In this document: positions 17,679-27,398 of the stretch, in pieces
Layout: every line of letters starts with the position of its first letter
How positions within the stretch are numbered: position 1 is the stretch's first letter
The notes under the pieces: model-generated
Told to the model about the DNA's origin: nothing
Databases searched by the model: none
Seen by the model: only the letters and a program-made list of their open reading frames with translations
Position numbers and translations under genes: made by a program
From: Nanobdellota archaeon
GTDB lineage: Archaea; Nanobdellota; Nanobdellia; Woesearchaeales; UBA11576
DNA length: 64,000 bases
Reading direction: 5' to 3'
Assembly (NCBI GenBank): GCA_042576705.1
Contig: JBHPEY010000001.1
Span: forward strand, 72,980 to 136,979

Positions 17679-20600
17679 TTATGCACTCGTACATTTACAG
17701 GTCTGTGCTTTGGTCGGGCAAGCGCTGAGAAGCAGCGAGCAGACCTTCTGATTATCACCCTTATTGCAGTCATGGATGTTATTGATCCCGTCGCAGACCA
17801 GTTTCTTGAACTCAGCAGAAGTCTTGCTGGTGCAGAACTTCCTGTTATCCCTTGAAGACCAGACATAACACTCACCATCTTCAAGGCCATACACAGGATA
17901 GTAAAGCCCCTGCTCACCACAACTGCCCTTCAGTCTAACATCCACTCTATGGTAGACTGTGACACCATAATCATTCAATATATCGCTCGCAGGCGACCCC
18001 AGATACTCTCCCCTAAAACAACCAAGTGGAAGAGCTAAACCGCTCCAGCCGATACTAATCTTGCCTGACTTGAAGCATTCCTGCACCAATGCCTTGAATT
18101 CCCCGTTTGAAATACATCCAAACACACATTTGGACCCCACAACCTTATTGCAATAATACTTTTTCATCTCATAAGATGACAACGGTTTACAATCACTGGT
18201 ATCTGTTGTCAAACCGGGAACGCAATATCTGTTGCTTGGACATGGCTCAAGGATGGGCGTGCCTGTGGGAGATTTTTTCTGGACAGACTTATACAAGGTA
18301 GTCCCTCCCTTAAATACGCCAGAGGGTATGCTCGTAACCCCCGCACCACAATTGCCTGTAATCACTTCATCAGGCTTCCCCGGAATACAGCAGACATCAT
18401 TGATCGCCTTGCATGGCCTGAAAAAGTCGTCCTTAGCAGACTCTTGAAATACATCCAAAACAGTACCCTGGGCACATTCATTAGTATCTGAAACGCATCT
18501 GTACATAGTCTGTAGAGGCGGTCCGCAAGAATCAACAGGCGTCCTGGGAGTACAGCAGGCCAGGTAGGATTCCTTGCAGGGTATGAAATCGCCACCAGGG
18601 TATTGTGATGGATTCTTAACTGAATTCTCTGTACAATCATCAATATCTGCTACGCAACTGAGTTGCTCGTGCATGAGTCCGCAAGGTGCTCCAACACCTG
18701 TCGCGGTTCCTCCGCCACCAGGACTGGCACCGGGCGGTCCACCGACACCCGCGGGCTTGGGCGGGGGCTTTGGCTTTCCTGATCCGTCGATGCAGCACTG
18801 ATTTCCTGTTGGGCAGAGACCTGCGGGTTCTTTGGTAAACGCTGTTGTCGAACCCTTGCACGTGCCTCCTGTCCCAACGCAGAATGTGTCCTCATTAGGA
18901 GGCAGTTTTACGCTATTTCCATTGGCGTTCTCTGCCATCACATGTTTCAGGCTGCACTTGCTGAAGCAGTACATGCCTGTGTCTGCCTGGCCTGCCTTGT
19001 AGCACTCGCCCTCGGTGTTCTTGACTATCGTGCATCTTGCTCCTGCTGCCTTGCCGGCGCACGCCTTTGAAGCAGCCACCGTTGTATCAAGCTTGCTTAT
19101 CTGGAGCAGTGTGCTCTGCATCGCAGGAAGCTTGAAGATGATGCTGTCACCTCCCAACAAGACAAGACAGCCTGTGGGCGATGCAGGACACTGGAGAAAT
19201 GCTCCTGCTACTCCGCTCAGCTGTATTGCAGTGTCGGACTTTGTCCTGACCCCCATCGGCAGGACATCAACCTTCAACTCGACCATCTCTCCTGCTGCCT
19301 GGCCTGTCACCTCGACATAGAAATTGATTGATGAGCTACCCATTGTAGCATCTATACCTGTGATGGTCACTTTGGCATCGCTGCTCAGCCCGGACGCAGT
19401 CACGCCATACAATGAGGGCTGGCTTGCAGAGAGTATTATCGTCTTGCCTTTGGCATCTCCAAGGCCGGATACAGCATAGGCTGCAGTGGCTGTCAGTCCA
19501 TATACATGGATCTTCTTGGCATCTTCTGAACCGAGCGTCTTTATTATGAGAATGTTCGCATCAGGGATGTGCACATAACATTCCCTCTTTGTCGGGTGGT
19601 AATTGCCTTTCACAGTCGGTCCTGCTGACTTGGTGGTTTTCTGAGGCGTGGCTCCAGTTCCTGTCGGGACGACTGTCGAGGCACCCGGCGGGCAGCAAAG
19701 GACGTATTTAGAATCGTCCTCATTACACAGCTCCTTCTTGCATCCCTTTGCAGAAGAGCATTTATCCAGGTCCTGTCCTGTGCATGCAGCAGTCATGTCC
19801 TGGCATGTGTTTCCCGTCGTATTAGCATCACACTCCTTGCCGTCAGACTTTATCTGTATCGCCATGCCTGTTATCTTCGGAATCTGAGGCTCTGCTTTAC
19901 CAGATGCTGGAAGGTATCTTGACTCTGAGTGGATGTCTGTCACGGCTTTCCCAAATATCCCTGTCGCGCCAAGGCATTCGTCCATCCCTACGTCGTCTAC
20001 ACTTATCCCGGAAGGCTTGCCTGAAAAGCCCAGACCGGACAGGTTGAATCCTATAGTGACGCCAGGCTCAAGGAATGAACCGGGATCTGTGGAAAACTCT
20101 ATATCGAAACCGTCCTCGTTCTGAACATAATTATTCAGGACAACCTTCTTGAGTGGTGTCGGATCGCCGGGTATCGGGTTGTGCAGGCGTATCTGACCAC
20201 TGCTGCCGACAGGACTGTCATATGTAAGCTGCAGACCCCCTACAGGCATTGCAGCGACACCTGTCGCGCTGTCGAAACCTGAGAAGGTGAAGACAGGGTC
20301 CTGCCTGTTCAGCTTCAGCCTTATCACGCGTTCGTTGATGCTTGCGTAAGGCGTGGTGATGCATGGAGGCACGCCGCAGGTCGGCATATCCTCTCCATTC
20401 TTCTTTATCGTGAACTGGGAGTCAGGTATGAGACCGATCTTGTCCAGGCCTATGTTGAGTATACCATAGTCTGCTTCAGGGTTTATTGTTATCTTGAATC
20501 CATTGGACCTGTCATTCGGGTCTATCCAGGCGAAGTCAGTCACACTTATCTTATCTTCAGGACCAAGGCTGTTCGCGTCTGCCCAGAGGCCGAAGGTCTT

Positions 20601-23600
20601 GTTGTACCCGTCATTCTCCTGCCTAACTACCGCTGTCCTGTATGTCAGTTCTTCTATCGATCCTTCCGACGCTGCCTTTGTCCCTGATGCGCCGCATATC
20701 ACCTTGAACTTTATCTCCTTCTTCTGCAGCTGGTTGGTATCATAATCCACAAGAGGCCCTGATGCCATCTGGTAGTAGCCAGCGACTGAATCTGCGTCGC
20801 GCAGTTCAAGGTTCATGATCCAGGTCTCAGGGTCTTTGGCGCAGTTTGACGAACTCATCGTCGAGGTCGGCGGCTTGTATTGCATACCCACGACCTGCTT
20901 CTTTTCCACTGCCTTTCCAGGGCTTCCGCCGGCGGTCGTGACCCTGCCCTTGTTCTTGATAAAATCCTTGAGCACAGTGAACTTTATGCCGTAACAGGTC
21001 ACCTGCTGGTCCATTGCAGGCTCAGCAACCGGCTGTTTTTCGCAATTTGTGAATGACTTGCCGGTAAAGACGTATTTCCCATCCTTATCAGGCACTGCTT
21101 TCTCATAGGAGAAGAATGGCTTGGCTGACGTGCCGTCTGCCGTAGGATCAAAATATATACGTATCTGGAAAACAGATGACGAACCGACCTCTGCGCAGTT
21201 AAACTGAGGACGCGAGACGACGACCTGGCCAGGTATCGACTCAACACCAGGAACCCCCTCTGGAGTGCATGAGCCAGGTGCCTGCTTGCCGAAATGCTCT
21301 GACTTTATCTCAAACTCACCATTCTCCTTGACATGCTGCGGGAAGCTGTTGACATCGAACACACTGAAGTCATGGATCGTGTCCTGGTTCAGCCGCTCAC
21401 CGACAGTCTTCTTGCCTGCCGGCGGGTATATGACAGCGCTCTGGCCGTTCTTTATCGATGTTATCACAAGATATTTCGTGAATTCACAATCAGTGGTGCA
21501 GGAAGCCGCGTCCTTTGGCAGCAGCTGCTGCACCTTCACGTTGACTATATTATTATCACCAATGCCGAACGGCTGGTTCTCAGGCTTGGTAAGCTTTTCT
21601 GAAAGGAAAGCCGCGCTTCCTGTCGGTGGTATCTCCACACCACACTTGAAAGAGAGTGAGGGAATCTGGAACTCGCAAAGGCCCATAGGTGGTCCGCCAA
21701 TCTCGCGCACAGTGCCTTCACCCCTGCCCTGCAGGGATGTTGCAGTCGCCATGGTCCCGCCGAAGCCTGCTGTGTTTGTGGTGCCTGATGTACCTCCGGC
21801 ACTTTGGCTCACAGAACCTCCATAGCCACTAGTACCTGTCTGAGTAAGAGGCCTGTACTCCACGACAGCCTTGTCATACCTGAGCGGACCCTGTACTCCT
21901 TCGACGACAAAAAGCACCTCGTCAGTGCAGAACTGTCCCTGCCTTATGTCACCACTCTCAGGGCAGTTGCCGCTCTGGTGGCGCATTATCGGAAGCTGGA
22001 CCTGCCTGTTCCGTGAAGTGTAGTCTGCAAAAGTGCCATGGGCGCAGTCGCACTTTCCATCCTTTCCTCCTGGACAGATGCCGTTCGAGCATTCAAGCTT
22101 CAGGTCGAAATGCATGTCAGACCCTGCGAACACGCTGTAACCCACCCTGTAGACATGCCTTGCAAAGCCTGTCTGGGGATCATATGCCTGCCATCTCCTT
22201 GTGACCGGGGAGACAAATATCGTGCTGTTGACAGGCAGGTATGCTGCTGTCTCAAACAGCTGGCTAAAGTCAGTCGGCCATTCACCAGTAAACATGAATA
22301 TGCACGCGTCATGCAAAAGGTTCTCTGCAGCGAACGCTGTCGCGAAAAGGTTCCGGTCGCCGTATCTTGACTGCGCCTCTGTTGTTATGCTTGCGCTCGC
22401 GTCGGCGACAGCAGAGAAGACTCCGCTTATACCACCTATACCTATCCTCGCAGCAGACTTGCCTCCAAGCCTCTGCGTTATGCAGCTTATCGCCTCCTTT
22501 ATCAGGTCGCATATGTACTGGCTTATCAGCGCCTGGCACTGGCCTGCGCTTCCGTCGCCGGTGACGAGGATCGTCTGGAAGCACTGCTGCAACAGCGTGA
22601 GCATGTTACGCAGCTGCACAACCCAGCTCAGTATGCCTGAAAGGCAGAGCGTGACCACTGATTGTATGAAGCTACCTGCAGGCTGAGCAAGGTACTGACG
22701 GCCAGGCTCTCCGAGAAGTCCGGTTATCTGACGATACCAGTGCTCGAAATTCGTGGGCGTGGGTTTCCTCTTGGTCTTGCCGACCCGCATCTCTATCTTG
22801 CCTTCAGCAATCTGCTTCTCTATATCCTTCCTGAACTCCTTGAGATTGGAATCAAACTCTTTTTTCGCATCAGCACCTTCTTTCTCCTGGCTGATGTCTG
22901 CATTGTTCAGGACAGGAAACCATTCATTAAGGTTTTTTGACTGCGGGATGAAATACGCTCCTGTATTGATCTCCACCCTCCCGTCAGCCTGCACCTGGCC
23001 GAGATTCTTGACTTCGATCTTGGAATAGTATCCCCTGAAGACAGTCTTGGGACTTCCCTTCTCGTCTATATCGACGACATAGACAACATCATCACCTATC
23101 ATCTGCTCTGCAGACTTCGGATAGCCCTTGACCCATTTCAGGTTGTCAAGCACCACTGGCTGCGCCTTGGGCTTTGCACCCTTGGGCTGGCAGATCCCTG
23201 TGACGCCGCGCAGTATCGTCTGGCCTGCGCCGCACTTGCTCTTGTCCTCGGGATTCGCGAGGCAATAAGACATCTTGAGCTCATTGCTCCACATCATACC
23301 CCAGCCCCACTCCTGCATGTACTCGAACGGGCAGCAGGCAGGCTGCGGAACATGGCCTTCTGCACATACTTCCTTTGCCCGAGCATTGGTCTCGTAGGTA
23401 TTGTACATCTCCCTGACAGGTCCACTGCCGAGCTCTACGAACGCGCAGTCAGACTTTGCGTTCTTGTAGGGGGGTTTTTTCCAGATATTTTTCTCATAAT
23501 TGACAACATTACTGTAGTCTATCCTGGATGACGTGGTTGCAGCAGGCTTTGCACTTGAACTCTTGGTGGCTGCTGCCAATCCTGTTATCAGGGGAACCGT

Positions 23601-26600
23601 GTCTGTTCCAGGACCTGGTTGAGGAAGGGATGATGATTCTGAGTTGATGTCTGTTATTGCTTTGCCTGTAGGGCTGACACGCATAGGCAGGCATTCACCG
23701 AACTCGGTATCACAGTACTGACCTACGGTGCAGACATTGTTGCCACAGGTGCATTTCCCCTCTGTCAACTTCTTGTCCATTGAATCATGCGCGTTCTTGC
23801 AATTCCCGCCCGACTGCTCACACCCGGTGCCTCCGCACACCCATACTGCTGTATTTGTCGATGCCTCACAGGTCTGACTCCCGCACTTGCAGGCCTCGTT
23901 TATCTTCTGGTTCTGCACAGACCCTTTAGTATCGAACACAGGGCATATATTTGTCTTACCAGCAGCTCCCTCGCTCTCGCTCTCGCCAGGCCCTCGCCAG
24001 GGAGTCTTCTTGCCACTTGCCCAGTTGGACTTTATGTAATGCTGGAATGAAGGGACGCTCGGGCACATCACCCTGTCGCAGAACAGGTGCCACTTGTCTG
24101 TAATTGTCCGCTCCTTCTCAATCCATCTTGCGCAGTCCTTGCAGGCGCGGTTTGCAGCTTCCATGCCCTCCTGATTCTTAGGGTCCTTCGGGTCATCCTT
24201 AGGGAATTCAACATCACAGGCTCCACCTGCCTGGCCATTGTCCATCCCTGCGACCTTCTCTATCATGCCGTTACTTATCTCCTTAGCCATATTCACAATT
24301 CCCTTGAAAAGTCCTCCTGAAGTGAGCTTCGACAGCGCGCCGCTCCACTTGCAGTTGTATCCCTTCATGAAGCCGGCAATGTATTTCGCGAGGTAAGTGA
24401 TAAGACATATCCCCAGGGTAACCTGCGTCACATACTTGAGAGGGGTCTCAATCATGTCAAGGAAAGCCAATGTCGCGTTTATGACCTCCAGCGACGCCTC
24501 AAGAAGGCTCTTCACGAACGCGCTGCTCGCGAAATCAACCCTCTCGTCGAGCATTATATTGACATTCAGGCACTGCTTCTGGATCTGGACAGGCTGGGTC
24601 GTGCCCGGCGCCTGGCTGCTGTACTGCGCCATGAAAGGGCCAGGGTCAGAAACTATCTGCATCTCAAGCAGCAGGTGGATGCAGCCTGCAAGAGGGTAGC
24701 ATTCCCCTTTCCTGTGGTTGCTGAGGTTCTTCTCCTTCTCAAGATAGGTCGTGCCGTTGGCATCAGCAGTCATGGGAATGAAGTTTATCATGACAAAGCC
24801 CTTGGTGCAGTTGCCTTTCTTGCACATCACACGAGGCTCGCCGGCGAGCCAGTCAAAATCATAATTCTCACGCTCTTTTGCCCCTACAGTCGCCTTGACG
24901 ACGCGGACATCCTGCGCCTTTGCCTTGGATGCGTCACCACCACCGACCCATGTGAGATCAAAACCGAATCCATACGCAGCGATGCCTTCCAAGAGCTCAC
25001 GCGTGTTTATCTGGCTGCCACCTTCCTTGAGCTGGACAGTCCAGTAGGACGTGGTCCCGCAAGGGGTGTATGATAAAGAACCCTCGACAGGAGTTGACTG
25101 CCTGCCATATACGTCGACAAAGACCAGCTTCACCTTGGTCGGGGTGCTTCCTGTGCCGCCTGTGGTGCTTATGCCAGATACAGAGGCTGACGTCTCTGCT
25201 GTCGTGGTCCCTGCGCCGCCGCTCATGGCAGAGCTGATCGCTGCGACCACGCTCGTCGCAAGGTCCACCTCTATCTCAAACGTGCCGTTCTCACCTATAT
25301 TGATCTTCTCATCAGGCTCGCCTGCAGCTGCAGTGGTCGCGGTGCCCAGCTCGCCCGCGCTTATGCTGGCTGCGCTCTGATCCACCCAAACCCATATCTC
25401 GCCGGCATTCTTGTTCACCTGGCCTGAGATCAGGATCGAACTGGTATAGGAAGGTGAATAAAAAGAGACAAGCTCGGCAGAACTCGGGCTGATGATCTGC
25501 GGGTCCACGCTGTCATACTGCATGGTCAAGGTCTCCTCGAACTTGTTGCCTGCCTCGTCCACAAACTCCAGCCGGACATTGTTCGACCCGTTGAACAGGC
25601 CTGTAACAGTCTCTGTGAACTCTATGGTATGGTTCGCAGTCGTCGTGTAGGTCTTTGTCAGCACAAGACCAGGATAAGGAGGGGTTATCTTCGAGATTGC
25701 AGGCGCGGTCACATTGCCTGCGCCTGTGGTCACTGAGAATGGCGATGATTTCGCGCCTTCATTCCCTGCGTCATCGATGGCACTGACCGTGTATGTATAC
25801 GTCGTCTGGCTGCTCACGTTCTGGTCTTCGTAGTCCGTGACTGTTGACTCTGCGTATGCTATCGGGCCGTCAGGCACGTCAGACCTGTATACCAGATACT
25901 TGTATATCTCAGTCTCGTTCGCAGGGGCAACCCAGGATATCTTTATCGAACTGTCTGTCACGCTTGTGTTCATGACTTCAGTAGGGGCGACCGGGCCGGT
26001 GGTATCGTCGACAGACTGCAGATATATATAGAGCGTAACTTTCGTGTCATCAGTCACGTTCCCCTTGATCTGGATCGACTGCTCGGTCGAGACAGTCAGG
26101 TTCAGCGTCTCGTTATCGAAATGAACTTCAGGAGAGTGATAGTCAAGAAGGAGCCTGTCCTCACAGACGATGTCAGCAGATACCTTGTCTGACGCCACGA
26201 TCCTGATCGAGTTCTCGCTATGCTGGGCGTCCAGGTCCATCCCTGTAAAACTGAACTCACCTGAAGACGTGATGCGCTTGTAGCGCACCCTCTCGCCGTT
26301 TATATAGGCAGTCACATCAGCCCCAGGTGATGATGTCCCCATGGCATCATACCTGTTGCTGTTCGCATAGTCTGCTGTCGATGCGCTGCAGTCCAGGCCA
26401 TCCACGTTCAGGAAAAGGTCCACCTTCTGCGAGGTCTGGACTGTCGTGACAGATGAGTTCCCGCAGTTGCCGGTCAGGTCGCAGGACTCTGCCATCAATG
26501 TATAATTATAATTCTCATCAAGCCCTGTCAGGGTGATGTTGTGCTGGGTGACATCCTCAGCAACCTCTTTCTTCAGGTCAAGCAGCAGCGGGTTCTTCCC

Positions 26601-27398
26601 GTACTTGACCCTTGTCTGGCTCGCGATATTCGTCGTCCATGTCACATAGATGTTCGTGCCGATGGACTCTGCCTCGAAATTGCCGACTGCAATCGGCTGG
26701 TAGTCAGCTGACTGCGTGTTTGCCTGCACAGAGGTGTTCCCCCCCATGTTTCCAGAGGTGTCGACAGCACTGACTTTCAATGTGTATTCAGTAGAGTTAT
26801 CCAGACCTGAAAACACATATGATGTCTGCTTGACACTGCCAGAGACAAGCGCACCATCCTTGAAGACCATATAATAGTCAAGGTCATCGTCAGAAGGCGC
26901 GATCCAGCTTATGGTAATGGAATCCTGGGTTATCGTCGGCGCAGCAAGACCTGTCACAACACCCGGAGCAGCGTGGTCATACGGAGCGTCTGTAGTGAAT
27001 GAGTGAAAATTCCCGATGTCAATAGGATCCCTCACAGTTCCTAAGTCACCCGACGCAGATATATAGAAATTGAACAATGCGCTTGAAGCGATCGTCGTGA
27101 TCGTGATCGAGTGGCTCGTGCCGCTCACCCCGCTTGACTCCTGCTCATCCACATCATCTACAGCACCATAGAATACCCTGCCTGTAGACTCCTCATCAGT
27201 CGTCCATTGTATAGTCGCAGAATTGTCTGTGACAGTGACGTCGGTTGCTGGATCGAACGTGACCACCATTGCATTCGCTGAGTAGACCGGCATGAGGACT
27301 ATGAGCCATATCATGAAAAAAGCGATTCTGCACAGTTTAGGGCTATTCTTGCTCGGTTCCATATCAGATAACTTCCTCATCCTCTCCTGTATACTCAT
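17679..27398 (-). CDS. Giant (about 3230 aa) secreted protein: FN3/Ig-like repeats, Cys-patterned helical domain, beta-rich region, C-terminal Cys-rich repeats
   Basis: 9.7 kb open frame; signal peptide ...FFMIWLIVLMPVYSANA; FN3 motifs (SITISW...Y.V.KDG...LDNSTEY..KVSAVD.SGN; SIKISW...YLVYRS...YTYTVSAID.AGN). True start may be 27380 or 27362 (the latter directly after the upstream TGA). Confidence 0.92.
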   Translation of the reverse strand: MSIQERMRKLSDMEPSKNSPKLCRIAFFMIWLIVLMPVYSANAMVVTFDPATDVTVTDNSATIQWTTDEESTGRVFYGAVDDVDEQESSGVSGTSHSITITTIASSALFNFYISASGDLGTVRDPIDIGNFHSFTTDAPYDHAAPGVVTGLAAPTITQDSITISWIAPSDDDLDYYMVFKDGALVSGSVKQTSYVFSGLDNSTEYTLKVSAVDTSGNMGGNTSVQANTQSADYQPIAVGNFEAESIGTNIYVTWTTNIASQTRVKYGKNPLLLDLKKEVAEDVTQHNITLTGLDENYNYTLMAESCDLTGNCGNSSVTTVQTSQKVDLFLNVDGLDCSASTADYANSNRYDAMGTSSPGADVTAYINGERVRYKRITSSGEFSFTGMDLDAQHSENSIRIVASDKVSADIVCEDRLLLDYHSPEVHFDNETLNLTVSTEQSIQIKGNVTDDTKVTLYIYLQSVDDTTGPVAPTEVMNTSVTDSSIKISWVAPANETEIYKYLVYRSDVPDGPIAYAESTVTDYEDQNVSSQTTYTYTVSAIDDAGNEGAKSSPFSVTTGAGNVTAPAISKITPPYPGLVLTKTYTTTANHTIEFTETVTGLFNGSNNVRLEFVDEAGNKFEETLTMQYDSVDPQIISPSSAELVSFYSPSYTSSILISGQVNKNAGEIWVWVDQSAASISAGELGTATTAAAGEPDEKINIGENGTFEIEVDLATSVVAAISSAMSGGAGTTTAETSASVSGISTTGGTGSTPTKVKLVFVDVYGRQSTPVEGSLSYTPCGTTSYWTVQLKEGGSQINTRELLEGIAAYGFGFDLTWVGGGDASKAKAQDVRVVKATVGAKERENYDFDWLAGEPRVMCKKGNCTKGFVMINFIPMTADANGTTYLEKEKNLSNHRKGECYPLAGCIHLLLEMQIVSDPGPFMAQYSSQAPGTTQPVQIQKQCLNVNIMLDERVDFASSAFVKSLLEASLEVINATLAFLDMIETPLKYVTQVTLGICLITYLAKYIAGFMKGYNCKWSGALSKLTSGGLFKGIVNMAKEISNGMIEKVAGMDNGQAGGACDVEFPKDDPKDPKNQEGMEAANRACKDCARWIEKERTITDKWHLFCDRVMCPSVPSFQHYIKSNWASGKKTPWRGPGESESEGAAGKTNICPVFDTKGSVQNQKINEACKCGSQTCEASTNTAVWVCGGTGCEQSGGNCKNAHDSMDKKLTEGKCTCGNNVCTVGQYCDTEFGECLPMRVSPTGKAITDINSESSSLPQPGPGTDTVPLITGLAAATKSSSAKPAATTSSRIDYSNVVNYEKNIWKKPPYKNAKSDCAFVELGSGPVREMYNTYETNARAKEVCAEGHVPQPACCPFEYMQEWGWGMMWSNELKMSYCLANPEDKSKCGAGQTILRGVTGICQPKGAKPKAQPVVLDNLKWVKGYPKSAEQMIGDDVVYVVDIDEKGSPKTVFRGYYSKIEVKNLGQVQADGRVEINTGAYFIPQSKNLNEWFPVLNNADISQEKEGADAKKEFDSNLKEFRKDIEKQIAEGKIEMRVGKTKRKPTPTNFEHWYRQITGLLGEPGRQYLAQPAGSFIQSVVTLCLSGILSWVVQLRNMLTLLQQCFQTILVTGDGSAGQCQALISQYICDLIKEAISCITQRLGGKSAARIGIGGISGVFSAVADASASITTEAQSRYGDRNLFATAFAAENLLHDACIFMFTGEWPTDFSQLFETAAYLPVNSTIFVSPVTRRWQAYDPQTGFARHVYRVGYSVFAGSDMHFDLKLECSNGICPGGKDGKCDCAHGTFADYTSRNRQVQLPIMRHQSGNCPESGDIRQGQFCTDEVLFVVEGVQGPLRYDKAVVEYRPLTQTGTSGYGGSVSQSAGGTSGTTNTAGFGGTMATATSLQGRGEGTVREIGGPPMGLCEFQIPSLSFKCGVEIPPTGSAAFLSEKLTKPENQPFGIGDNNIVNVKVQQLLPKDAASCTTDCEFTKYLVITSIKNGQSAVIYPPAGKKTVGERLNQDTIHDFSVFDVNSFPQHVKENGEFEIKSEHFGKQAPGSCTPEGVPGVESIPGQVVVSRPQFNCAEVGSSSVFQIRIYFDPTADGTSAKPFFSYEKAVPDKDGKYVFTGKSFTNCEKQPVAEPAMDQQVTCYGIKFTVLKDFIKNKGRVTTAGGSPGKAVEKKQVVGMQYKPPTSTMSSSNCAKDPETWIMNLELRDADSVAGYYQMASGPLVDYDTNQLQKKEIKFKVICGASGTKAASEGSIEELTYRTAVVRQENDGYNKTFGLWADANSLGPEDKISVTDFAWIDPNDRSNGFKITINPEADYGILNIGLDKIGLIPDSQFTIKKNGEDMPTCGVPPCITTPYASINERVIRLKLNRQDPVFTFSGFDSATGVAAMPVGGLQLTYDSPVGSSGQIRLHNPIPGDPTPLKKVVLNNYVQNEDGFDIEFSTDPGSFLEPGVTIGFNLSGLGFSGKPSGISVDDVGMDECLGATGIFGKAVTDIHSESRYLPASGKAEPQIPKITGMAIQIKSDGKECDANTTGNTCQDMTAACTGQDLDKCSSAKGCKKELCNEDDSKYVLCCPPGASTVVPTGTGATPQKTTKSAGPTVKGNYHPTKRECYVHIPDANILIIKTLGSEDAKKIHVYGLTATAAYAVSGLGDAKGKTIILSASQPSLYGVTASGLSSDAKVTITGIDATMGSSSINFYVEVTGQAAGEMVELKVDVLPMGVRTKSDTAIQLSGVAGAFLQCPASPTGCLVLLGGDSIIFKLPAMQSTLLQISKLDTTVAASKACAGKAAGARCTIVKNTEGECYKAGQADTGMYCFSKCSLKHVMAENANGNSVKLPPNEDTFCVGTGGTCKGSTTAFTKEPAGLCPTGNQCCIDGSGKPKPPPKPAGVGGPPGASPGGGGTATGVGAPCGLMHEQLSCVADIDDCTENSVKNPSQYPGGDFIPCKESYLACCTPRTPVDSCGPPLQTMYRCVSDTNECAQGTVLDVFQESAKDDFFRPCKAINDVCCIPGKPDEVITGNCGAGVTSIPSGVFKGGTTLYKSVQKKSPTGTPILEPCPSNRYCVPGLTTDTSDCKPLSSYEMKKYYCNKVVGSKCVFGCISNGEFKALVQECFKSGKISIGWSGLALPLGCFRGEYLGSPASDILNDYGVTVYHRVDVRLKGSCGEQGLYYPVYGLEDGECYVWSSRDNRKFCTSKTSAEFKKLVCDGINNIHDCNKGDNQKVCSLLLSACPTKAQTCKCTSA

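Noticed and set aside
17678-17920. N-terminal extension of ORF 16919-17920
   Set aside because: It overlaps the giant gene's 3' end in another frame; ATG 17677 directly after the giant's stop is the better start.
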